A stretch of 63,416 nucleotides of DNA, the filler included, from Reclinomonas americana ATCC 50394 (lineage: Eukaryota), in the NCBI GenBank assembly GCA_048213135.1. It is 11 parts of 4 records of this genome, joined end to end, with 100 filler letters (N's around TTAATTAATTAA, not from the genome) between each part and the next. Parts side by side here need not be neighbours in the genome. Positions count along the whole stretch, not along the records: positions 52,834 to 56,108 come from PS015767.1; positions 56,209 to 62,090 come from PS015767.1; positions 62,191 to 63,416 come from PS015771.1; 8 more parts are not named here. One strand, 5' to 3'. Within the stretch, counting starts at the first letter, position 1; the number at the start of each line of letters is the position of its first letter. Made by a program: the position numbers and the translations under genes. Below are positions 52,833 to 63,416 of this stretch, piece after piece. A model generated the notes under the pieces. That model had not been told where the DNA came from, searched no databases, and worked only from the letters and a program-made list of their open reading frames with translations.

Positions 52833-55800
52833 NGTGTGCGCGCGTGATCTCATCTGTGAATCGTGCAGTCCGGTGGAGGGACCACTGTGTGGCGCGGTGT
52901 TTGTGGTGCCCACCGAGGCCAGCAATCACAAGGGATTGCCGCACACACTGGAGCACTTGAGTTGCGTGCTGTTCTTCTCCTGTGGAGCTCTCTCCCGTTG
53001 TCTGACTGACTGACTGCGAGCGCGCGTGTGAGCAGTCTTCATGGGCAGCAAGAAGCATCCTCATCGAGGTTATCTCGACAACCTGGCGGTGCTTTGCGGC
53101 ACGTCGGGCACCAATGCGTGGACTGCGGAGGACCACACGGCGTACACGATATACACGGCTGGCGCTGATGGTCTGCTCTCTCTCCTGTCTCTTTTCTCTC
53201 TTGAGCCCTGGATCTCACCACCCTCCGTCGACTGTGTGGCAGGCCTGCTGACCATTACGCCAGTGTTCCTCGACCATGTGTTGAACCCGGTGCTCAGCGA
53301 TCAGGCGTTCACCACGGAGGTGTATCATGTCGACGGAGAGGGCCGACAGCAGGGTGTGGTGTTTTGCGAGATGGAGGGACGGTGTGTGCTGTGCGCCTGC
53401 GTCTCCGGAGAAGAGATATCTGATGATGTGCTTTGTCAGCGAGAACACGGAGGACGACCTGCATGAGAACGCGTTGCGCCAGTTGCTGTACCCGAACACC
53501 GGCTACGCCTTCGACACTGGCGGCCTCACGCCCAGCATTGCAACGCTCTCGAACGAGGAGATTCGCGAGTATCATCGGCGCTTCTATCGCCCCGCGAACC
53601 TCTCCATCATTGTGTTGGGTGCGGTGCCGCTTGATGCGTTCTTTGAGTGTCTGTCGACGGTGGACTTTGAGAGCAGCGCGCAGCGGTGCGTCAGCCCCCC
53701 TGTGCATTTCTTGTGGCGTGGCGACTCATTTTTATCGTCGACGAAAAGCAGATCGGCGAGCGACGACTCGGCCGGCAACCCCGGTGTGGCTGCGGCGTGG
53801 AGCGCACCCATCCCACCGGTGGTGCTGCCGCATGTAGGGTCGCCAGTAGAGTGTCATTTTCCGTCGCAAGGTCACTCGCCACAATCGCGATCACTTTTAC
53901 GCACACCATGCTCATGAAACGCGTTGTGTCTGCTGCAGACGAGGAAGTGGGATCGGTGACGTTTGCGTGGCCGGGTCCTCCGCTGCACGACTTGGCCACG
54001 CAGATGGCTCTCGAGTGCATGCTGTGGTATCTGGAGGACACGTCTGCGAGCCCACTCCGACAGGAGTTTGTGGAGTGTGCGAGTCCAATCGCCAACGATG
54101 TGTCGTGGCACGTATTCGAGTATCCGCAGACCGCATTCAGTGTGTCGTTCAGGTTTGTTCCTTTCTTGTTTGTGGTGGATGGTATGCGCTTTCTCTTTTC
54201 GGTCTAGCTCACTCGTAATGCAGCGGTGTGCGCACCGGCAAGTGTGGCGATGACATTGACTCAAGTCGCGCGAGCGACTGTGAGAGTGACGAAGATGGTT
54301 CTGACGAGGGTGGTGGTGGCGCAATGTCGGAGGATGACGTCACGCTGGAATCGTACCTGTTGCGTCCACGGCCATGCGTAGCGTGCGTTTCTTCGATTGA
54401 TGACACGTTGGTGCCGCACAGCGAGGGGCAGCGGCTGTACGAACGCTTTGCGGCTGTGCTACGCCGAGTCCGCGACGAGGGTTTCCCCGACGGCGTCATG
54501 GCCAAGGCTGTCAGTCGCCTTCGGTGTGTGTTGGAGGTTGCACGCACGCATGCATACTCGCTCCACGTTTCCTGATGTTTCGTTCTGGTGCCTCAGCATC
54601 AAGCACCTGGAGTCGATGGAAAAGAGCCCGTTCTCCTCGGCCACCGATATTCTCCTCCCGGAGTTGATCTTCCCCGACGACGTGACCACTCCCAGTTTCG
54701 TCGTCGATTGTCGTTTCCCTCACCACCCTCGAGTGAGAGAAGGATCTCTCATGCGTCCTGCATTTCCCGCAGTCGGCACTCGCATGGCGAGTGTGGTGGA
54801 ACTGTTGGACGACCTCGAGCACCGGCCGAGCTCGTTCTGGGTGAACTTTTTGGAGACCTGGTTCCTGTCGACTCCGGTACGTGTCTGCGTGCCGCAATCC
54901 CTTTGACTCTCTGTATTCTCATCCCGTGTGGAGCAGCATCAACTAAAGATGATTCCCGACGCTCGGCGCGCGCGCACACTCGAGGAGCACACTGCGGAGC
55001 AGGACACTGAGCGGCGAAGTGCTCTTGGTGCGCTGTCTCGCTTGTGGATGTTCTCCTCCTCTCTCTCTCTTATGCATTCCGTGCCTGGCGCAGGTCCGGA
55101 TGGATTGACGGCATGCGCCGAGCGAGTGCGCGAGGCACTGGAGCACAACCGACCGCGCCTCGATTCCTCTGACCTGGAGCGTATTCACTCCCAAGCCGAC
55201 CGGCGCGCTCATCCCGTGTCGGAACTCCCTTCACGCGTGCAGGTATGGATCATGCATTTCTCGCTGTCTCTTTTGCGCGTGAACCGCTCCGCTGACTCGT
55301 GCGGTGCAGATGATCGAGGATCCAGCCAGGGCACCATTCCCGATCCAGGCAGTGGCTCTCGGCACCACACAATTCGTGCATGCGCGCATGCTGTTCCATC
55401 TCGGTGATCTGCCCGACCATCTGCGTCCGTTGCGCACTCTGCATTCTCTCGTCGACCTGCTGCACTTGTGTTGATCGTTGTCGTTGTCGTTGTTGTCGCA
55501 TGACCACCACGCAGAGCTCTGGTTCTCTTCCAGGAGTTGTTCATGGCCTGCGATTTGCGCGATGCCGATGGCGTGATGCTGCCGTACACTGACGCTGTGC
55601 GCCAGTTGGCACAAGACGTTGCGGTGTATTGCCTTGCGTGCGTGTTTCGATTCCGCTGACTTGAAGTATTTGGGTTCGAATAGACGGTTGCACAATCATG
55701 CTCTGTCGGTCAGGGTGGTGGCACGTTTGGGTGCACGCATTTTGGTGAAGTGCTTTTCATGTACTTTACAGCCGAACCCCGCAAGTGCGTGCTCCTGCTC

Positions 55801-56108
55801 GAGTACTGTGTTTTGCCCCTCGCTGATGTGTACTGTTGCGCGTGCAGGATGCAGCAATTGCTGTCGTGGATTCAGCGACTGCTGGCCGACACGCACTTTA
55901 CTCGTGAGCGCGTGCTGACGACGACACGGAACTTGCTGTCGACCGTGATCGAGGAGCGCCGCGACGGCGACTCGATGTGCGACGCCGTCGCCACTCTTGT
56001 CACGCAGCCGAATCGGGAGTCCTCCAACTGTTGTGTGATCTCCCCCTCTCTTTATGAATTCACACGTGTGTGCGTCTCTCTCACGCCCCATGCACAGATA
56101 TCTCTGTT
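52833..56108 (+). CDS. M16 (insulinase/pitrilysin) metallopeptidase, multi-exon, partial at both ends
   Basis: Spliced GLPHTLEHLIFMGS (inverted HxxEH), TNAWTAEDHTAYT, FTTEVYHVDGEG, GVVFCEM. Confidence 0.88.
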
Positions 56109-56208
56109 NNNNNNNNNNNNNNNNNNNNNNNNNNNNNNNNNNNNNNNNNNNNTTAATTAATTAANNNNNNNNNNNNNNNNNNNNNNNNNNNNNNNNNNNN
56201 NNNNNNNN

Positions 56209-57052
56209 CCTTTCTTGTCGCAATCGTTATGTGTTGCTCACTGACCAAACCGTGTTGTTTTCTCACAAACAGGATGGCACAGTCGGTGATTGTGGCTGTC
56301 GAGCCGATGGGCACGGCGCGCCTTGTGCGCATGAACCGCCAGACGCACATGCAGGAGGCGCTGTTGGATTCGGCCGACTTTTTCGACGCGGCCAACTGCA
56401 CGCAGTGTGTGTCGCGCTCGGCCGCGCTCACCTACGTGGTCATTCCGACTCGCCCGATGATGCCCGGTGGCCGTGTGGGCCGTCGTCTTGCGCTGCTGTG
56501 GGCTGTCAGCATTCGGGAGCGCGGACAGTCGGGCTTTATGTTTCGTTCTTTTCACTTGAGTGTGCGGATCGCGATGACCAGCGTACTGACTCCGAGACGC
56601 GCAGGAACAACATGCTGATCGTTGTCGACCCGACCGACTTGCACGTCATTGCGCAGTTTGCGCTGCCGTCCGGCAACATTGCGCACGGTCGCCCCACCAA
56701 GCCCAACGACAAGACCGCAACCTACGACCCTGTCGAGTTCAGCGTCATGGCCGAGAGTGACGAGGATCTGGCCGCGGCCGACATGGATCCGACGCAGCAG
56801 CCGACCGACATGCCCAATTTCAACCTGTACCTGGCTGCGTCGACGTCGGCCGAGGACGCCAGCACTGCGGGTACAGACAGCGTTGGTGCCTCGCTGTACG
56901 CCTTCAGCCTGGACAGCTCGTCGCCGCCGAATCCCGATCCGACGCCAGTAAGCCGTGCGCAGAAGATCATTGTGCTCGGTCTGTGCGTCGTCATGTTGGG
57001 TGTGACTGTGTTTGCCGCGGTGCTGCTGGTGCGCTCGTTCCGTCGGCAGTGA
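56209..57052 (+). CDS. Unknown single-pass membrane protein (3' part)
   Basis: Spliced ORF ending in IIVLGLCVVMLGVTVFAAVLLV-RSFRRQ*. Confidence 0.6.
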
Positions 57053-57090
57053 TGACGAGGAGAGTTGTTGCACACATTCTTTGTCTACGT

Positions 57091-58942
57091 TCATTCTATG
57101 AGTGCCGAGGGGGCGGGATGCAGCAACAGCTCATCAATGGTCCTCTCCGCGAGTGAAAGTCGCACAGTGGCAGTGCTGAATTTCTCCTGAATCTCTACTT
57201 GCTTGGTGGGATTTGTGGAGACGACCGTGATCCGGCTGCACAAGCATGTGAGCGAGCGGACACACACCCAGCCACATTCCACCCACCACACTCACCCGCT
57301 CGGCTCGAAAAACTTGGTAAAGTACTGGTGATAGACTCGCAACAAGTCCTCGCGCGACACCTGGCGCAACTGCTCCCGATCGGTCTCGTCGTCGTCGAGA
57401 CGCAGACGCTACGAGAGGGGAACAATACACACACAGGCAGCGAGTGAGCTTCGCTCCTCTCACACACACGCGAGACGTGGACAGCCACAGACCAGCAGGT
57501 AACGCGTNNNNNNNNNNNNNNNNNNNNNNNNNNNNNNNNNNNNNNNNNNNNNNNNNNNNNNNNNNNNNNNNNNNNNNNNNNNNNNNNNNNNNNNNNNNNN
57601 NNNNNNNNNNNNNNNNNNNNNNNNNNNNNNNNNNNNNNNNNNNNNNNNNNNNNNNNNNNNNNNNNNNNNNNNNNNNNNNNNNNNNNNNNNNNNNNNNNNN
57701 NNNNNNNNNNNNNNNNNNNNNNNNNNNNNNNNNNNNNNNNNNNNNNNNNNNNNNNNNNNNNNNNNNNNNNNNNNNNNNNNNNNNNNNNNNNNNNNNNNNN
57801 NNNNNNNNNNNNNNNNNNNNNNNNNNNNNNNNNNNNNNNNNNNNNNNNNNNNNNNNNNNNNNNNNNNNNNNNNNNNNNNNNNNNNNNNNNNNNNNNNNNN
57901 NNNNNNNNNNNNNNNNNNNNNNNNNNNNNNNNNNNNNNNNNNNNNNNNNNNNNNNNNNNNNNNNNNNNNNNNNNNNNNNNNNNNNNNNNNNNNNNNNNNN
58001 NNNNNNNNNNNNNNNNNNNNNNNNNNNNNNNNNNNNNNNNNNNNNNNNNNNNNNNNNNNNNNNNNNNNNNNNNNNNNNNNNNNNNNNNNNNNNNNNNNNN
58101 NNNNNNNNNNNNNNNNNNNNNNNNNNNNNNNNNNNNNNNNNNNNNNNNNNNNNNNNNNNNNNNNNNNNNNNNNNNNNNNNNNNNNNNNNNNNNNNNNNNN
58201 NNNNNNNNNNNNNNNNNNNNNNNNNNNNNNNNNNNNNNNNNNNNNNNNNNNNNNNNNNNNNNNNNNNNNNNNNNNNNNNNNNNNNNNNNNNNNNNNNNNN
58301 NNNNNNNNNNNNNNNNNNNNNNNNNNNNNNNNNNNNNNNNNNNNNNNNNNNNNNNNNNNNNNNNNNNNNNNNNNNNNNNNNNNNNNNNNNNNNNNNNNNN
58401 NNNNNNNNNNNNNNNNNNNNNNNNNNNNNNNNNNNNNNNNNNNNNNNNNNNNNNNNNNNNNNNNCAACTGCGGCCGTCAACTCCGCCTCCTGTGTGTCGT
58501 GTGAGTCAGACAAAGCGTGCATGTGAGAGAGGGAAGACATCGACGCACTGTATCAGGCTGCGAGATGGTCGCGCCAGTGAACGAGTGCAGCGTGGAGCGG
58601 CGGCATGATCCTGTCGCGTTGTCACGATCCTCACTGACAGCAAACACGCGACCGGCAATCGCCACTGAGAGCGAGCGAGTGGTGTGAGTGAGACTGTGTG
58701 TGAGAGAGAGCAAGTGCGCAGAAGTGCTCACCGAGACGACGCAGCGGGCGAGACAGGGGCGCCTGTGCACAAAGCAGCAAGTGTGTTAGTGCCACTTGGC
58801 AGAAAGTTCGGAGATGCAAACGCACTTGATTGTGCAGGTAGAGACCCGGTTGCCCCTCGGAAGGCGGCGGCATCTGTGCCTGAGCAGCGCACACGCACAG
58901 AGCAAAGAGGGAAAGGGCGAGGAGGAGAATGCCAACGCGCAT
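57091..58942 (-). CDS. Unknown secreted/membrane protein (middle in gap)
   Basis: Signal peptide MRVGILLLALSLFALCVCAAQA; GT-AG introns; joining across the gap is assumed. Confidence 0.5.
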
Positions 58943-59011
58943 TGTCGAACAAGAGAAATCGAAGATGGACATTGCTCGCACTCACCATCTGTCACTTCAA
59001 TCCCAGCGGCG

Positions 59012-60641
59012 ATGTGAGCGCAGCCAGCCCTTCTCTCTGCCTCGTTGTGTATGCATCTCACCCTCCCTTCCCCATGCAGGCAACACGACGAGGTCGTATG
59101 GCAAGTCATTAACAATGGCTTCTGCTCATTCAAAGTCAAGTTGCGTGTCACTCTCTCGCTCTGTGTGTGCATGCTTGCAGAGAGACGGACAGAGCAAGTG
59201 GAGACGAGATGCATGCATGCTAGTGTGTTAACGAGCGAGATTGCACGCGGAGAGGGCGTTTGGTTGTTGCACGTGCACATGCACATGCACACCTGCACAT
59301 GGCCGACCCTGACCCTTCACTCTCTTTCTTTGTGCAGAACGACGACGCAGAACTTTTGTCGCAACAAGTTCAACTTGACTGGTCTCTGCAATCGCCAGTC
59401 GTGCCCGCTGGCCAACAGCAGATATGCGACCATTCGTGAGGAGCGCGGTCAGATTTACTTGTTCATGAAGACGATTGAGCGTGCACACATGCCGGCCAAG
59501 TTGTGGGAGAAGGTCAAGCTGCCGAAGAACTTTACAGAAGCGCTGACGATTGTTGCGTACGGCGGGAGAATGGAAGGGAAATCTGAGCAAGTGGGGGAAG
59601 CAGGAAAGGAGACTGATTTTTCGTGTGTGGTTGCAACAGATCAACCAGAACTTGCGCTACTGGCCCAAGTACATTCGCAACAAGGCCAAGCAGCGCTTTG
59701 TGCGCATCACGCAGTATCTGATCCGCATGCGGCGATTGCGACACAAGATCCAGTTGCGTCGACTCGGGGAGAAGTGCAATGATGCTGCATTTGTCGACTG
59801 ACTTTTTGTGCAGACCAAAGCTCGTGCGCGTGCACAAGAAGGTGGAGAGAAGAGAGGCGCGGCGCGAGGCCAAGGCCGAGGCAGCAGCGCATCTGGAGAA
59901 GGCGATTGAGAAGGAGCTGCTGGAGAGGCTATCGAAGGGCACCTACCCGGAGATTCTGAACTATCCGCGCAAGGCGTACGAGGCCATTCTGGAGAAGGAG
60001 GCCGGGAAGCAGCTGGGTCGCGTCGGTGAAGAAGACGACGACGATGGCGAGGACGAGAGTGAGTTGGAGACGGAGGATGAGTCGGTGTTGGAGGACGGGG
60101 ATGAAGATGATGAGGAGGAGGAGGTGGAGGAGGACGACGAGGAGGAATACGTGGTCGACGAGGATGACCTGTCCGACATGGAAGACTGTTGCGTTTGGTG
60201 GCGATGCTCTGCGAGCGTGTACTGCAGGCACTCATGCATTGTTCGTGGCAGTCGATGTGGAAAAGGAGCTGGAGGAGTACTCGGAGGAGGACTCGGATCT
60301 GGAAGGCAGAAGCAGTGACGAGGATGGAGACAGCGACGACAGTGATGTGGGAGACAGCGATGACGAGGATGGTGATGATGACGATGACGACGATGGCGCA
60401 CCACCTAGGAAACGCGCCAAGACCGGTGCGGCGGGCGGTAAGAAGGGCAAGGCCGCGCCGCCACCCAAGAAGCCAATCGCACGCAAACGTTGCGTCCCAC
60501 TCGCCTGTGTTTTCCCTTGATTCCACGTGTTTTTCACACATGTATCCATCTACAGGTCGTCCGCACATTGAGATCGAGTACGAGCACGAGCCTGCCACCT
60601 CCACCCAGACATCAGCAGGCCGCGGCGGATCACGGCGCTAA
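59012..60641 (+). CDS. MAK16: Ribosome biogenesis protein MAK16, six introns
   Basis: [56 protein letters not shown], acidic tail, RPHIEIEYE. Introns 59014-79, 59140-337, 59552-639, 59753-813, 60188-251, 60489-555. Confidence 0.95.
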
Positions 60642-60772
60642 TCAGAGTAACGAATACACAAAACACACTTGTGCTGCGTTTCGATTTGTGTACATTTCGG
60701 GTCACATTGGATATACCTCGTGGTGTGTGTTGTGTGCAATGGGCATGCGCGACACACACAACAGCCAAGCGG

Positions 60773-61724
60773 TCACCACCGGTCGCGTGGCCGCAGGCCC
60801 GTGACCTGTTTTGCGTGCAAGAAAACAATCGTGAGCAGAGCGAAGTACCGCCCGGCGCTTTTTCTTGCTTCACATACCGGCTTGATGGGCTCGCCAGTGA
60901 GTGGATTGTAACCGGCGGGGTTCTCCATGCGCTGCAATCTTTGGGCGCGCATCGTCGCTCGCTCCTGCGACGGGAAGTGTGAGCAACGAGCCACTCTCTC
61001 TCGTGTGTGCACGAGAGACGCACCACAGCCTTGGCATCCTGTTCCTGCATGAGACGCTGCTCCTCGGTACTCTTCGGCTGCTGCGACACCAAATCGTAGC
61101 GCACACTCGACACGTTGGTCTTGGAGGTGCCACGCAGCGCGTCCCATCGCTCCGAATCCTGCTTCTCCGCCTCCTCCATGGCCTTCCACCGGTCCTCATC
61201 GCGATTCCGCCGAGACTCGCTGCAAGGGGGTAAGAAACGGAAAAGAGAGGAGGACAAGGAGGGAGAGAGAGACTGACCGAGTGGCGTCATACTGTCGCTG
61301 CTTCCGCTCATACTCCTGTCGTCGACGAATCGCATCCTGCCCCGCCACGTCCGTGTTGAAGCGGTCTGACTCTGCTCGCGCCACACAGAGGCATGAGCTC
61401 ACGCAACGCAGACAACAAGACAGAGAGAGCGACACACGCACCATCCACATACGCCGTCGAATCCCTCGTCACAAACACACTCTCCTCTGGATCATATCGT
61501 GTGAATCCCTCCCGTCGATCCGCCAGTCGCCGCTTCTCCAACAGATCCTTGTCACCCATCTGAGAGAGAAGACAACCATACACGCAGAGAGAGAGAAAGA
61601 GAGTGAGAAAGTGAGAAGTGGCGTGTAATCAAAATGACCGCGTAACTGCTCGCCGCTCTTGCCGATCACGAGGGCGAATGTAGTTGAAGCCATAGGCTGA
61701 AGGCGAGGCAGAAGCTGAGGCCAT
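60773..61724 (-). CDS. Unknown coiled-coil protein ending in GYNPLTGE motif
   Basis: Spliced MASASASPSAYGFNYIRP...MGDKDLLEKRR...YDLVS...GYNPLTGE. Confidence 0.55.
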
Positions 61725-61793
61725 CTTGCGCACACTCTCACTCACACCAAGCAACGTCGTTGAGATGACTCATCACCTCGCATCTGTCCCCTC

Positions 61794-61896
61794 ATGGCCG
61801 ACGACAATGTGCGCACATCGCTGCTGCAGCTCATTGGCGAGTTCATCGAAGTATGCACACATCATATACTCGCTGTGCGTGGCGTGTATGCACCGG
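61794..61896 (+). CDS. REV7: REV7/MAD2L2 HORMA protein, first exon
   Basis: LIGEFIEVCTHHILAVRGVYAP followed by a GTTGCGT donor. Confidence 0.7.
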
Positions 61897-61951
61897 GTTG
61901 CGTAACACACACACACACACAAACAAACAAGACTCATCAATGTTGTCTCTC

Positions 61952-61954
<3 letters not shown>

Positions 61955-61998
<44 letters not shown>

Positions 61999-62089
61999 GT
62001 CTCGTCGTCGTCGTCGTACGTCGTCGTCGTCGTACGTACGTACGTACGTACGTACGTACGTACGTACGTACGTACGTACGTACGTACGG
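61955..62089. repeat. Intronic microsatellites (CT)n, (GTC)n, (TACG)n; also (CA)n at 44566-44617
   Basis: Directly visible tandem repeats next to gaps. Confidence 0.9.
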
Positions 62090-62239
62090 TNNNNNNNNNN
62101 NNNNNNNNNNNNNNNNNNNNNNNNNNNNNNNNNNTTAATTAATTAANNNNNNNNNNNNNNNNNNNNNNNNNNNNNNNNNNNNNNNNNNNNCGGAATGCAG
62201 AATTGGTGAGCTCCTAGTGAAATAGAGAGGACCATACAA

Positions 62240-63416
62240 TCACGTGAGCGACGCACTCTTCAGCAGTTGGAGGAAGGCGTTGCCGCGCTTCGACACCTCG
62301 GGGTGCGCTCGGTCACGAATCATCTGCTCGATGCGCTCCATGATGCGCAGCTCGACAACCTCGTGGATAAACTCGGAGGCGTGCTCGGGCGTGAGGACGC
62401 CCTCCAGCATGGAGAGCACGGCCAGTGGCGAGGCAGAAAGGTTGGGCACGTAGTACCAGCTGCGGATAAAGAAGGAGGCCGTGCGCAGTCCCACACTCGA
62501 CATGAATGCGGCGCGGTGCGCCTCGGAGCCACGAGTGAGCGCCTCAATCGTAGACACAATCAACACGCGTTCCGTTTCGACAATGTCGTGCGTCGTCTCA
62601 CGCCGTTGCACGCGCAACTCCAACTCGTCCCACATTTCAACCAGGTGCAGCACCAGATCGGCATCCTCGACGCTCTTCAGGTTGGCCGGGTGATCTGCAG
62701 ACGCGGGTGGTGAGACTTTTTGTATTCCTCGCCGTTTGATAAACTTCGTGCTCCAACGCAACTCAACACGGCCTCTCGCAAAACCTGCGCAGCACTGAGA
62801 GCATTCCTCCTCTCGGCTGCGTCGCTGACGCGAACCAGGCGGCAGAGCGAGGAAAGCGCATTGCGCGAAGCATTCAACTCGTCCTTGTTGGTTTGGTTGT
62901 CTGCGCACGCGATGAGACGGAGGAACAAGAGAGGAACACGGACGGACTGCAGTGCAGACGCAACTGTGAATGCCGGCGGCGAGCAACAGCAGCACCAGAC
63001 TGACGTCGCTGGTGGACTGGTTCGCCTTATCCTGCTGGAACCAGTCGGCAGCCGTGGCGTTGATACTGTTGAGTGTGGACGACGAGCGGCTGACCGCCCG
63101 CGGGGATTCTCCACGGCGGCCACGTCTCCTCGAGCGGCTGCCACCTGCGCCGCCAGTCACTCCACGGCGCTTGGCCGAGAGCTTCGAGAGGCACCAGTCG
63201 AGTCCACCATCCGCGTGGAAAATCAATTGATTCTCGGGACTGTAGTAGAGGGCGGCGTACAGGCACATGACGCACAGGCGCCGTGCTTCGTTGGATTCCA
63301 CAATAGAGCTGAAGGGCTTGCGAATCGCACGCAGGAGCGCCGACACAATGCCGTATCGCCCAGCGTACCGCCGGCAGTCCTCATCTGTGTACATACGAGG
63401 GTGAGCGAAACACACA
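62240..63416 (-). CDS. Helical ARM-like repeat protein (5'-partial, spliced)
   Basis: ENQLIFHADGGL, NKDEL, HRAAFM-type helical repeats. Confidence 0.5.
   Translation of the reverse strand, partial: VCFAHPRMYTDEDCRRYAGRYGIVSALLRAIRKPFSSIVESNEARRLCVMCLYAALYYSPENQLIFHADGGLDWCLSKLSAKRRGVTGGAGGSRSRRRGRRGESPRAVSRSSSTLNSINATAADWFQQDKANQSTSDVSLVLLLLAAGIHSCVCTAVRPCSSLVPPSHRVRRQPNQQGRVECFAQCAFLALPPGSRQRRSREEECSQCCAGFARGRVELRWSTKFIKRRGIQKVSPPASADHPANLKSVEDADLVLHLVEMWDELELRVQRRETTHDIVETERVLIVSTIEALTRGSEAHRAAFMSSVGLRTASFFIRSWYYVPNLSASPLAVLSMLEGVLTPEHASEFIHEVVELRIMERIEQMIRDRAHPEVSKRGNAFLQLLKSASLT

Noticed and set aside
7304..58540. ORF-track entries spanning long X runs
   Set aside because: Their lengths and fusions are artefacts of N gaps.
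59140..60489. GC-AG introns (GTT|GCGT) instead of GTTGCGT donors
   Set aside because: This would insert an extra residue in conserved motifs such as FKVKTTTQNFC and HTLEHLIFMGS.
62031..62089. (TACG)n tract as a telomere or functional repeat
   Set aside because: It lies within a REV7 intron beside other microsatellites at a contig end; ordinary simple repeat.
23310..62146. Recurrent TTAATTAATTAA as a biological repeat or CRISPR-like array
   Set aside because: Always embedded in N runs; it is a six-frame-stop assembly linker. No CRISPR repeat-spacer array was seen anywhere.

Overview
This is a composite pseudomolecule. Ten N-TTAATTAATTAA-N six-frame-stop linkers join 11 contigs from two organisms. 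Positions 1-41219 are a high-GC alphaproteobacterium (Hyphomicrobiales, Bosea-like). They carry an acyl-CoA catabolic cluster with a TctCBA transporter, and a defence island. The island has a leftward arm (XRE/CapH-like repressor, ImmA/IrrE CapP-like peptidase, exonuclease I, RloC-like ABC-ATPase/HEPN), a rightward Bil/Bub-type ubiquitin-like conjugation operon (3-domain Ubl, E2, JAB, E1) and a lone HEPN gene, and it ends at a probable tRNA-Arg 3'-end att site. The bacterial part also holds a two-component pair, a porin, an MFS gene, a pspA-yqiJ-yqiK (flotillin) operon, and a probable furoate (hmf-like) cluster with a Liv-type ABC transporter. Positions 41320-63416 are an intron-rich, gene-dense microbial eukaryote (MAK16, REV7, COMMD1, HID1, M16 peptidase, U-box protein). 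Top candidate novelty: the PspA ORF is fused in frame to a 155-aa domain resembling the WED/REC lobe of TnpB/Cas12f with the RuvC lobe missing, expressed from an apparently leaderless sigma70 promoter that contains an inverted-repeat operator candidate. Other highlights: twin operators in the divergent defence island, two intron-containing bacterial-type dCTP deaminase paralogues in the eukaryote (one possibly fused to U-boxes), a dominant GTTGCGT 5' splice site, 67-69 bp head-to-head gene spacing, and an intronless fibre-like 11-aa repeat protein. All homology calls are by eye; no searches were run.
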